Source: a bacterium (GTDB lineage: Bacteria; Fidelibacterota; Fidelibacteria; Fidelibacterales; Fidelibacteraceae). From it: a stretch of 64,000 nt of DNA. Position numbers and translations under genes: made by a program. The stretch spans positions 1,184,001 through 1,248,000 of the forward strand of contig OY781066.1 of NCBI GenBank assembly GCA_963676395.1, in the 5' to 3' direction. Shown in pieces: positions 1 through 9,186 of this stretch (position 1 is its first letter; each line of letters opens with the position of its first letter). The notes below the pieces were generated by a model. It was given only the letters and a program-made list of their open reading frames with translations. It was not told the origin of the DNA and did no database searches.

Positions 1-562
1 CTTCAAATTGGTCTTTAATCTCGTCATCTGTTACAGTGATGTCAACATCTTTCAATGCAACTTCTTCAATGTACTTCATGATCAATAGATTTTTTCTTGT
101 GTCTTCACGAACAAAATCAAGATCAATTGCTTGTTGTTTGATCTGTTCTACAAAAGCATCTTTACCACCATTGGGTTCATAAAAGTTTTTTTCCATGAAA
201 GCTTCGATACTGTCTTTAGAAATTTCCAAACCTTCAGCCGCAGCTTCTTCAAGAAGAATATCCTGCTGTACTTTCAAGGTTACGATCTGCATAACGAATG
301 ATTCAATTCTTGCCGGATCTACATTTTGAATGATATTAATATCACCGCGCATACCTTGGTATACTGATTCCATAATATCGGTGTTTTTAACTTCGAATGA
401 TTTGGTGGTTGCCAAAACAACGGAAGTATCGGGTTTCATGTAAGCGATCTTTTCGCCCATGGCGTTAAAAAAATCTGTTTGAGCCGGAGTCAATTTTACA
501 TTGTCCGAACAGCCCATAAATGCCATTGCTGCTACTGCCATAATGAGTAAAGTCCTTTTCAT
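1..562 (-). CDS. SurA/PrsA-like foldase (PPIase) lipoprotein, 5' part (runs off the window)
   Basis: Not in ORF track; manual translation MKRTLLIMAVAAMAFMGC (lipobox) ... LLEEAAAEGLEISKDSIE ... ITVTDDEIK resembles a SurA N-terminal domain; ATG immediately follows the stop of the upstream gene. Confidence 0.7.
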   Translation of the reverse strand, partial: MKRTLLIMAVAAMAFMGCSDNVKLTPAQTDFFNAMGEKIAYMKPDTSVVLATTKSFEVKNTDIMESVYQGMRGDINIIQNVDPARIESFVMQIVTLKVQQDILLEEAAAEGLEISKDSIEAFMEKNFYEPNGGKDAFVEQIKQQAIDLDFVREDTRKNLLIMKYIEEVALKDVDITVTDDEIKDQFE

Positions 563-1996
563 TTATTGTCCTTTCTGTTGATTTATATATTCTAATTCCA
601 TGTGGTAATTCCACTTGTTAAAGTATAAGTTTCCACCACGCCATTCAACTTCACCACGCTGAAAATCATTTGTTTCCGAACGTAAGAATTGCTTATCGGG
701 GAATAGGGGACGAGCATAATCATCATTAACGATCAAGCGATAAGCATCCATTCCACCTAGAAAAAATTCATTGGCTTTTTGAGTTTTAAGTTCTTGTCTG
801 CCAAAAGACTGATCAACTGAAACCCAGCCCGGTCCTTCAAAATATATCTGACCCCAGTCATGAAGATTCTTATTGCCCGGATGAAGCATCCATCCACTTT
901 CCCAACGAGTTGGAATACCATTATAACGACAAAGTACCATAAAAAGCAGGGTTACCTGACCGCAATCACCGTGCTTATTTGCAATCACATATTCAGGAAT
1001 ATTCTCAATCGTTGAGTATTCTCGAGCTCCCGCCCAAGGATAGTTGGCGGTAATATAGTTAAATATCTTTCTGGCTATCTGATATGAATTGTCTTCATCA
1101 CCAACAATCTTGTCGGATAATGCTTTTACAGCAGGGGTAAAAAGTAGGTGAGGGTCGCGTTCAGCAGTATATTTTTTATATTCTTCGCTTTTTTTATTAT
1201 AAGGTTTGATCTCAACATTATCCAAATCCACCCAACGTGAATGTGAAACGGTTGAAAATTCAATCTCAAAAACCGTTGCTTCACCGGCTACTGCAGGTTT
1301 CTGCATGTACACTGTTCTATGAGGTTTATCATTTGGAGCAAGAATATAATCTTCTTGTGATGTAGAAAGAAGTTTCACGTTTTCCTGACGATCTTTCACT
1401 TCTTTTGGGAAGGGTAGCCAACAACGAAGTATTTCATTTTCCGGTACGGCGTCAGCATCAACAGTCAGAGTATATTTGAACTTCATTTTAACGGGTTTAC
1501 CTTTTGTCTTTCCACTCTTTTGAGTTTCTTCGATGACTTCGGGTATGTTTTGTTCCAAAAATTCAGCCAAACTTCCTTTTTTCTTGCCTTCAACTTTGAT
1601 CTTTTGTGCTTTTGCTTCTTCGTCGATTCGAAAAAGATTAGCGTGGGATCTTGCAAAGTAACGCTTTTCACCGTTAATGGTCATGTTTTCTAAAGCGTTG
1701 CTCTTTTCCCATGCACGCATTTGATCTTGGGTCACATCAGGATAATACTGTTTGATATATTCAAGAACATCTTCTCGAGATTTGTTAAAATCCAATTCAA
1801 TACGATGCATGATATCAGCTTTTTCTTCCAGTTCAATGCGTTCAAGGTCTGTCAGCTTGCCGAAACCCATCGCTTTATTGATCTGTTTTTTAGCCATATC
1901 AAACTGTCCTTTTTCGATCTTTTCATCAATCGTTGTACATCCGCTCAATGTAAATAGTAAACCACATACAAAAAAATAGATAGCTGTACGTTTCAT
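563..1996 (-). CDS. Transglutaminase-like domain lipoprotein
   Basis: Lipobox LSGC; catalytic-type motifs HGDCGQ and LHDWGQIYF...WVSVD. Confidence 0.85.
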   Translation of the reverse strand: MKRTAIYFFVCGLLFTLSGCTTIDEKIEKGQFDMAKKQINKAMGFGKLTDLERIELEEKADIMHRIELDFNKSREDVLEYIKQYYPDVTQDQMRAWEKSNALENMTINGEKRYFARSHANLFRIDEEAKAQKIKVEGKKKGSLAEFLEQNIPEVIEETQKSGKTKGKPVKMKFKYTLTVDADAVPENEILRCWLPFPKEVKDRQENVKLLSTSQEDYILAPNDKPHRTVYMQKPAVAGEATVFEIEFSTVSHSRWVDLDNVEIKPYNKKSEEYKKYTAERDPHLLFTPAVKALSDKIVGDEDNSYQIARKIFNYITANYPWAGAREYSTIENIPEYVIANKHGDCGQVTLLFMVLCRYNGIPTRWESGWMLHPGNKNLHDWGQIYFEGPGWVSVDQSFGRQELKTQKANEFFLGGMDAYRLIVNDDYARPLFPDKQFLRSETNDFQRGEVEWRGGNLYFNKWNYHMELEYINQQKGQ

Positions 1997-2004
1997 GGAA
2001 AGTC

Positions 2005-3132
2005 CTATTTCTTTTCGATCATTTCCAGGTTAGCGCGTGGAAGAAGAACTTCTTTTTTACTTTCATGAAGTTTAACTTTTGCTACACGTGCCAATGAGCC
2101 GGATTCAAGTCTCTGAAGCTCATGAGGCAAATCGGTAACTTCGCCCAGCATACCAAAATATGGTGCACGAATAACACGAACTTCGGCTCCTTTATCCATA
2201 CCGAATAATTCAGCAGCCTCATCTTTGATCTTTGTGCTACCACCGAGAGGTATAATGATCTCAGGACGAATAACACCGGCACGGATCTGGGTTGCACCAT
2301 TAATAGAAGCCATCTTACCTTCATGCGATGCCAAAAGTTTAAACGTTTGCTCAGCCATGTGAACTTCGCCAAAACCTTCTGTCACGATCAAAGTTGTATT
2401 AATATCTTCCTGGCCTGTAATAGCAACGCCAATATCATAACCGACGATCTTTTTAATGTCAGAATAGTTAAATCCACCAACAACCACACCGATTGCTCCG
2501 AGTCGCTCCGCTTTCTTGAAAGCTTTAAGGCTTAGGAATGAACCTCCCACAAGAACTTTACCCTTGCAGTCTTCAGTGATCATTTCTTCGGTAATGGAAG
2601 TATTTATATCTTCGGTTAAAACCTTGATCTCACCGCGACGTTCACCGCCGATACCAAAAATACCTTGAATAAACGAAGCGGCTGTTGATATTTCAACACC
2701 TTCATCTTCGATAATATCCGTTACTTTACCATCTACATATGCTAAAACAGAAACAGGAATTGGTGCTTCGCGAATAATTGCCTGACCGGTAATTTTTGAA
2801 ACAGATTCCAAGGTACCGGTTGCAGGTGAAATTGCTTTTGTTTTAAACATGCCGAAAATTCCGGATGTTTCAGCAATGAGCTCATCTTTTTTTATCGCAT
2901 CGCCCGGTTTTTTGATTAATAACTCGGGAATCTCAGATGCATCTATGTTTAACATGTTTGCCAGGTTGACAGGAACAACATTTCCCGGGAGATTCGTTGT
3001 TGCAACAATCTCTTCGGCTTTTACTTCAGTTCCTTTTTCAACCGTCACATCACCCTTTAGAGGGAGTCGACGGGTCTTATGAACCACAGTCTTATTAATA
3101 ACTTTTAATCCTGGTGTATATGCATGTGCCAT
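2005..3132 (-). CDS. Conserved hypothetical protein that accompanies GlmL-like genes (barrel-sandwich-hybrid-like repeats, C-terminal KOW/SH3-like domain)
   Basis: 375 aa with RBS AAGGAG; motifs V.KG..V...EIVA, SPATGT, C-terminal VRVIRAPYFGMLGEV. Confidence 0.7.
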   Translation of the reverse strand: MAHAYTPGLKVINKTVVHKTRRLPLKGDVTVEKGTEVKAEEIVATTNLPGNVVPVNLANMLNIDASEIPELLIKKPGDAIKKDELIAETSGIFGMFKTKAISPATGTLESVSKITGQAIIREAPIPVSVLAYVDGKVTDIIEDEGVEISTAASFIQGIFGIGGERRGEIKVLTEDINTSITEEMITEDCKGKVLVGGSFLSLKAFKKAERLGAIGVVVGGFNYSDIKKIVGYDIGVAITGQEDINTTLIVTEGFGEVHMAEQTFKLLASHEGKMASINGATQIRAGVIRPEIIIPLGGSTKIKDEAAELFGMDKGAEVRVIRAPYFGMLGEVTDLPHELQRLESGSLARVAKVKLHESKKEVLLPRANLEMIEKK

Positions 3133-3178
3133 TTTTTCTCCTTTATTCTAAATATTGAAGCCATACTTCAATGATTTT

Positions 3179-4990
3179 TTACTCAAATTCGTTGATGATC
3201 TTACTCCATTCCTGAAGTTTGGCAACACGTTCGGTCGGGTTTTCGGGTAATACGAAAGGTCGACGGCCACGGGCATCAATAATAACACCCACAAGGCCAC
3301 CATAAATATTCGTTTTAACAACCTGTCCGGGACCGGCACCAACATCAACACCACGTGCAGGAATGATCTCAGCTTCAATCGCTTCATAAGGAGCTTCGAA
3401 AAGTTCCATTTCACCAAGCGTGTAAGCTTTATCAATCACTTTACCCTCTGGCAAAGTAAAACGGACGCGCATATATTCTTTACCGGGTTTGATTGGACCG
3501 ACAGGAGCAATACATGTACCCAGCCTTAAAAGGCAATCTTTATTAAATACTTCAGTTGCAGCTTGTTCATGTACAGCACTCAAAACACCAAGCTGAGGCA
3601 TCATGAAAATTGAATCAACCGCAATCTGTGTAATACCTTCTGGCAAAAATGCATCGATCATCATGCGAGCCGACTGATGCCTGCGTGGTGCATGTGATAA
3701 TACTCCACCGGAACCAACAAGAACATCAAGATCCATCATGTTAACCAATGTTTCGCCTGAAGAGCTCTGATCAAAGGCATCAGAAATTGTACGTTCTTTT
3801 TGAACACCTTTCAAACCAACGGCAAACTCTTTATGTTGAATAAATGATAAGCGAAGTGCTTCACGTGCAATCGCTTGTTCAATCTTTAATTCCTCAAGAG
3901 ACTGTGGAATTGTTGTCGGGCGGATCATCTTGTTTCCAATACGATTTCTCAAATCCACTTCATCAATTTCAAAAGGCACCCAGCGTAAAATATTGGGAAG
4001 TGTAGCAGAAGCTAAAACATTTGAAATGGAGTATGACATACCCAAGTTAGCTGAAACGGTACGGTTAAAAACGGGATCACCTTTTTCAAGATCTTTAAAT
4101 ACCGAAAAAACATCTGTGGTAGCACCGCCAATATCAACACCCAAAACAGTGATACCTTCTTTTCGGGCAATAACCTGCATAATTTCACCAACCGCACCGG
4201 GTGTCGGCATAATGGGTGCATCAGACATAGCCATTAGTTTTTTATAGCCTGGAGCCTGAGCCATCACATGTTCCATAAACAAATCGTGGATCTTATCACG
4301 TGCAGGACCTAGGTTTTCTCTTTCAAGAACAGGTCGAAGATTAGGAACAATACTTAAATCAGTTGCTTCTGAAAGATTTTTTTCGATCTCTTCATTAGCT
4401 TTTTGATTTCCGGCATAGATCACTGGAAGTTTATAGTTAATACCTAAACGTGGTTTAGGGCTGGCAGCTTTAAGCAGCTCAGACATTTCAACAACAGATT
4501 TAATATTACCATGATCAGTTCCACCGGACAGAAGGATCATATCCGGACGAAGGTGACGGATTCTTTGAATTTTTTCATGGGGAAGACGACCATCGTTTGA
4601 TGCTAAAACATCCATTACGATAGCACCTGCACCCAATGCAGCACGTTCGGCAGATTCAGCAGACATCGCTTTTACAATACCTGATACAACCATCTGTAAG
4701 CCACCACCGGCTGATGATGTTGAAATATAAATATCCACACCCTTATCGCCTTTTTGGGGTGTGATGATATTGTCTCCATCCAATAATTGGCGTCCGCGTA
4801 ATTCTTCAACTTCTTTCGCGGCATTTAAAACTCCTTTTGTAACATCTTCGAAAGGAGCTTCCACGGTTGTAGGCGCTTCTCCACGAACAACCAATCTGTA
4901 TTCATCACCTTGTTTTTCAATAAGAATGGCTTTAGTTGTCGTACTCCCACAATCCGTTGCAAGTATTGATTTGATTGCTTCCGGTTTCAT
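3179..4990 (-). CDS. GlmL/MutL-type (glutamate mutase L family) ASKHA-fold ATPase
   Basis: ILATDCGSTTTK, STSSAGGGL, LLSGGTDHG and GVDIGGATTDVFS are typical GlmL motifs. Confidence 0.85.
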   Translation of the reverse strand: MKPEAIKSILATDCGSTTTKAILIEKQGDEYRLVVRGEAPTTVEAPFEDVTKGVLNAAKEVEELRGRQLLDGDNIITPQKGDKGVDIYISTSSAGGGLQMVVSGIVKAMSAESAERAALGAGAIVMDVLASNDGRLPHEKIQRIRHLRPDMILLSGGTDHGNIKSVVEMSELLKAASPKPRLGINYKLPVIYAGNQKANEEIEKNLSEATDLSIVPNLRPVLERENLGPARDKIHDLFMEHVMAQAPGYKKLMAMSDAPIMPTPGAVGEIMQVIARKEGITVLGVDIGGATTDVFSVFKDLEKGDPVFNRTVSANLGMSYSISNVLASATLPNILRWVPFEIDEVDLRNRIGNKMIRPTTIPQSLEELKIEQAIAREALRLSFIQHKEFAVGLKGVQKERTISDAFDQSSSGETLVNMMDLDVLVGSGGVLSHAPRRHQSARMMIDAFLPEGITQIAVDSIFMMPQLGVLSAVHEQAATEVFNKDCLLRLGTCIAPVGPIKPGKEYMRVRFTLPEGKVIDKAYTLGEMELFEAPYEAIEAEIIPARGVDVGAGPGQVVKTNIYGGLVGVIIDARGRRPFVLPENPTERVAKLQEWSKIINEFE

Positions 4991-5094
4991 AAGGTCCTCA
5001 TTTTTAATTCTTCATGCCAGAGGGCATAATATATAATTTTGCTGTAATCTTTACGCAAGTCTGTAATCTATCAATTTTTCTATGAAAAACCACC

Positions 5095-5925
5095 TTAAAC
5101 GAAAAATTTCGTGTAGATGTAAATCCAAAATAATGGAGCTACAACCGCAAGAGAATCAAAGCGATCTAAAAAGCCACCATGCTCCAATAAAATATTTGAT
5201 GAATCCTTTACTCCAATTTCACGTTTGATTTTAGATTCTACAAGATCCCCCAACTGTCCAAAGATCCCGGCCATCAATGCGATCATGATATAATCGAATA
5301 ATCCAAAAATAGGAATAAAATCTATTAACCATAATATCAACATGGCAAGACATGAAAAAACTAAACCACCAATGGAACCTTCAATGGTTTTCTTTGGTGA
5401 CACCGAAGGGAAAAGCGGGTGTTTACCAAAAAGTTTTCCCGTATAAAAAGCAAATATGTCTGTAGAGAAAACACCAACGATCATCGCTATAACAATATTT
5501 CTTCCAATATCAACAGTCATAGCTTGTGAGGGTATGTTTAGATTTCTTAATAAGATCATGGTTCCCAGGCTTAATCCCGGGTATAAAATCGATCCTATGC
5601 CAACAAAGGACATCTTCATAAATTCGGCATCTTTGTAAAATAAAAGCGAGAAATTTGTAAAAATCGCCGAAAATAACATAACGATCAAAATATAATCAAA
5701 ATGTCCAAGATACATAGCCCACATACAAAGGGGAGTGGATACTAAAGTTAAAACCATCAGTACACGTGGTGGAAAATGCACCATTTTTAACAATTCGTAC
5801 TGAGAAAATGCTGAAATTATAGCAACAATTACCAAAAACCAATAACCGCCAAACCAGGCTGTCGCCAGAATGATTGGGGCTCCAATAAATCCTATTAGTA
5901 GTCTTTGTTTGTGAGATCTGTTCAT
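5095..5925 (-). CDS. cdsA: Phosphatidate cytidylyltransferase
   Basis: SPKKTIEG, GDLVESKIKR..GVKDS, HGGFLDRFDS. Confidence 0.95.
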   Translation of the reverse strand: MNRSHKQRLLIGFIGAPIILATAWFGGYWFLVIVAIISAFSQYELLKMVHFPPRVLMVLTLVSTPLCMWAMYLGHFDYILIVMLFSAIFTNFSLLFYKDAEFMKMSFVGIGSILYPGLSLGTMILLRNLNIPSQAMTVDIGRNIVIAMIVGVFSTDIFAFYTGKLFGKHPLFPSVSPKKTIEGSIGGLVFSCLAMLILWLIDFIPIFGLFDYIMIALMAGIFGQLGDLVESKIKREIGVKDSSNILLEHGGFLDRFDSLAVVAPLFWIYIYTKFFV

Positions 5926-5982
5926 ATTTTATTTCCGCACATAATATAGGCACTGCGTATCATTTAATAAATACTTTTTATT

Positions 5983-7071
5983 TTAGATTTCAATGATATT
6001 AACACTTGTGTCTTCCATGCCATGATGTCGAAGATCACTAAGATCAGTCGTAGTAATTAATACCTGTTTTTTTTGCATGATTTTTTCAACGATCTTTCGG
6101 CTATTATTAATATCTAATTCCGCAAATAGATCATCCAGTAAAAATATAGCTTCCTTATTTTGCTTTTCTTTTATGATTTCACCTTCTGCTAATTTTAGCA
6201 TTGTCATCCAAATTTTATGTTCCCCTTGAGAAGCATAGTGAATAAGCGGTCTGGAATTTCTATAGAACGTATATTTATCATAATTGGGTCCACTCATACT
6301 TCGTTTTAAAATAATCTCTTTTTCAATATTATCCCGACTTTTCATTAAAAAACTTTCTCGAAAAGAACTTTCATCATCGCCAATAATTGATGCTGAATAT
6401 TTAATATTTCCTATACTACCATTATCAAATGTTGATTGATATAATATCTTTAATTGATCGTTAAATATTTCAGTGTATTTTTCTCTTTCTTTCACAATAC
6501 GAAATATAATGGGAGATAATTGCTCGTCATATATGTTTATTTGTGTGTCATAAACAAACATTTTATTTTCATTAAGTTGTTTTAAATATGAATTGCGAAT
6601 TTTAATTAAACGACGATAATGTATCAGATCATTTAAGTATGATTTAGAAATTTGTGAAATAAAACGATCAAAATATGTTCTTCTATCACTACTGCTTCCA
6701 GCAGTTATTCTAAAATCTTCCGGTGACTGAAATACAATTGGAAAAGCACCAATAATATCAGCCAATCGTTTCATAACTTCCTCATCAAAAATAAATCTTT
6801 TTCCCTTATTTTTGAGAAAATTCCCCTGTACATCGCAATATGCTTCATTTTCCCATTTTGCTGATATCTGAAAATAATCTTCATTCTCTTTTAACATATC
6901 CACATCTTTGGGAGCCTTAAAAGATTTTGTAAAAGCAAGAAAGTATATCGCCTCAAGAATTGAAGTTTTACCAACCCCATTTTTTCCAAGAATAACATTT
7001 ACACCCGGAGAAAAAGTGATTTCCTTTTCTTTGAATATCCTGAAATTTTTTAAATAAAGCGTTGAAATCAT
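5983..7071 (-). CDS. recF: DNA replication/repair protein RecF
   Basis: NFR, Walker A GKNGVGKTS, ASQGE, LLDDLFAELD; downstream of dnaN. Confidence 0.93.
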   Translation of the reverse strand: MISTLYLKNFRIFKEKEITFSPGVNVILGKNGVGKTSILEAIYFLAFTKSFKAPKDVDMLKENEDYFQISAKWENEAYCDVQGNFLKNKGKRFIFDEEVMKRLADIIGAFPIVFQSPEDFRITAGSSSDRRTYFDRFISQISKSYLNDLIHYRRLIKIRNSYLKQLNENKMFVYDTQINIYDEQLSPIIFRIVKEREKYTEIFNDQLKILYQSTFDNGSIGNIKYSASIIGDDESSFRESFLMKSRDNIEKEIILKRSMSGPNYDKYTFYRNSRPLIHYASQGEHKIWMTMLKLAEGEIIKEKQNKEAIFLLDDLFAELDINNSRKIVEKIMQKKQVLITTTDLSDLRHHGMEDTSVNIIEI

Positions 7072-7138
7072 ATTGACTAAATATAAATAGCCTTGGGATT
7101 TAATCCAAGACTAGTAAAGTCAATATCAATAGAATTTA

Positions 7139-7816
7139 TTATTTTAATTTGAAGTTGTATTCGTATCCCAAAGTTAGGATCAAAGGTGCATAAGACATTG
7201 CCTGTACATGCGAAAAGGCTAAACCTCCTTCTATGGCCACTTTATGTTGCTCAGAACCAAATTTTAAAAAAAGTAAGGGTTCATAAAATATATCTTGTTG
7301 GGGATTATTGTTTTCAACACCGTCAATAAGTTCTTTATAAACTAAAACATAGGATCCCTTTAAAATCAAACCGGCATCAAAAAATGGTGTAGTATAACCG
7401 ATATCACCTTGAATAAAGGCTTTTACATGATAATTATTTTTTATTGTGGTAGACGTTATATTATCATAACCGGTAAATCCGTTACCGGTACCAAAATAGA
7501 ACTCAGCTACAAATTTATCGACAAATGGAAAATAAAAACCGAGGGCCGCTTCACCGTAAAAATTTCTATTTACCAATTCATTTCCCAACTCTGTGTTTTT
7601 TATTCTTAACACGTGTCCATTAGCTTGAATGGCAAAATTATCCGATAAAGCATATGCAGAACTTACATAAGCTGAATACCCTTTCAATCCCAAAGAAACT
7701 TTCATTTCTTGTTTTTCTTTAAAAAGTGGTGCGTTTGCAGCTGAAGGATAATACACAAAACTTGAACATGAACAGAAAAGGCTTATTACGATTATAATAA
7801 GTAATATTTTTTTCAT
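7139..7816 (-). CDS. Hypothetical lipoprotein / outer-membrane beta-barrel-like protein
   Basis: Signal peptide with Cys (SLFCSC), alternating aromatic beta-strand pattern, C-terminal LGYEYNF; RBS AAGGTGG. Confidence 0.6.
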   Translation of the reverse strand: MKKILLIIIVISLFCSCSSFVYYPSAANAPLFKEKQEMKVSLGLKGYSAYVSSAYALSDNFAIQANGHVLRIKNTELGNELVNRNFYGEAALGFYFPFVDKFVAEFYFGTGNGFTGYDNITSTTIKNNYHVKAFIQGDIGYTTPFFDAGLILKGSYVLVYKELIDGVENNNPQQDIFYEPLLFLKFGSEQHKVAIEGGLAFSHVQAMSYAPLILTLGYEYNFKLK

Positions 7817-7838
7817 ACAACCACCTTTTGTTTAATGA

Positions 7839-8951
7839 TTACATCAAACGAATAGGCATCAACAGAAATAAAATATCTTCATCGGGAAGTTGTTCGGTTG
7901 GGAAGAAGAGTCCTGCCATTAATGAATTCTTTAAAAGTATTTCTACTTTTTCTCCATCAATATGACGGATCATTTCGCGTAGGTAGTCAGAATTATATCC
8001 AATCATGAATTCTTCACCACTGTATTCGACTGCCATTTCTTCTTTAGCTGTTGAAGATGTTTCAATATCTTCAGCTTTAACCAATGTTTTATTATCCATA
8101 AAAGTAAAAGATATCTGACGAGTATTCTTGCTTGCAAAAATACCAACACGCTTTACAACGGATAACAGTTCGTCAATATCAACAATCACTTTTTTATCAT
8201 TTTCTGCAGGTATTACAGATTCATAATCAGGGAAACGTTCTTCAATAATTCTAGAATAGATCGTTGTATCTTTTAATTCAAGCATAACATGATTATGACC
8301 AATTCTAAGAGTTACAAATTCAACATCTTTAATACTGCCAACACAAAGATTTAAAAATTTTGGAGGGACAATAATATCTTTTATATCACCGGCTCCCTGG
8401 AATTCTTTTAATGTATATCTTACCATTCTATGGCCATCAGTTGAAACAGCACGTAATTCATTATCATTAAATTGAAATAAAACACCATTCAAGGCAACTT
8501 TCATTTCATCACGAGAAACAGAAAAACCTGTTTTTTCAACTATACGTTTAAACTTATCAGCTTGAAGTGTTACGATCTTAGAATCATCAACAATTGGTTC
8601 GGTAGGAAATTCCATTGCCGGATAACCCATGATTTTATATTCACCACCCAATGCTGTTGTAATGATCACTTGTTCATCTTCAATATGAAAATTTAGATCT
8701 GTGTTTGGAAGTTCACTTGTGATTTCTTTAATCATTCTACTTGGAATAGCAACAGCGCCTTCTTCTTCCATTGTGATCTCACAAGAAGCACTCATTGTGA
8801 TTTCAAGATCAGTTGAACGCATTTTTAAAACATCATCTTTTACCGTAAAAAGAATACAACTTAAGATCGGTAAAGTTGATCTTACAGGTGTAACACTTGA
8901 TACCTTTTGTAAAACATGGAAAAAATTATCTTTTGAAACTGTGAACTTCAT
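7839..8951 (-). CDS. dnaN: DNA polymerase III beta sliding clamp
   Basis: STDLE, AVSTDGHR, FPDYESVIP, C-terminal LLMPIRL. Confidence 0.98.
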   Translation of the reverse strand: MKFTVSKDNFFHVLQKVSSVTPVRSTLPILSCILFTVKDDVLKMRSTDLEITMSASCEITMEEEGAVAIPSRMIKEITSELPNTDLNFHIEDEQVIITTALGGEYKIMGYPAMEFPTEPIVDDSKIVTLQADKFKRIVEKTGFSVSRDEMKVALNGVLFQFNDNELRAVSTDGHRMVRYTLKEFQGAGDIKDIIVPPKFLNLCVGSIKDVEFVTLRIGHNHVMLELKDTTIYSRIIEERFPDYESVIPAENDKKVIVDIDELLSVVKRVGIFASKNTRQISFTFMDNKTLVKAEDIETSSTAKEEMAVEYSGEEFMIGYNSDYLREMIRHIDGEKVEILLKNSLMAGLFFPTEQLPDEDILFLLMPIRLM

Positions 8952-9186
8952 TTATCACCTCTAACATTTAAAGCAGTAACGATTATTAATCTAATATATT
9001 TTTCTATAAAATACATAGTAATTTTATTAATACTGTGGATTTCGTGAATAAGTAAAAAATACCCTTAATTATAAGGGTATTATGAGAATTTTGTAGTGTG
9101 GATAAATATCTAAAGTCTGTGAATGTTTTGAATAAGTTTCCATATGTGTATGATGCGAGTAATAACTTATTCATTTTATCCCGATT
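8952..9186. other. Putative chromosomal replication origin (oriC)
   Basis: Perfect DnaA box TGTGGATAA at 9097-9105; near-consensus boxes at 9034, 9043, 9118, 9127, 9145, 9167 and 9176; trio-like AT-rich tract 8985-9032 next to the tandem boxes; directly upstream of dnaN. Confidence 0.8.

Noticed and set aside
1371..1386. GTTTCACGT parS half-site (another at about 43797)
   Set aside because: Only one arm matches; inside coding sequence
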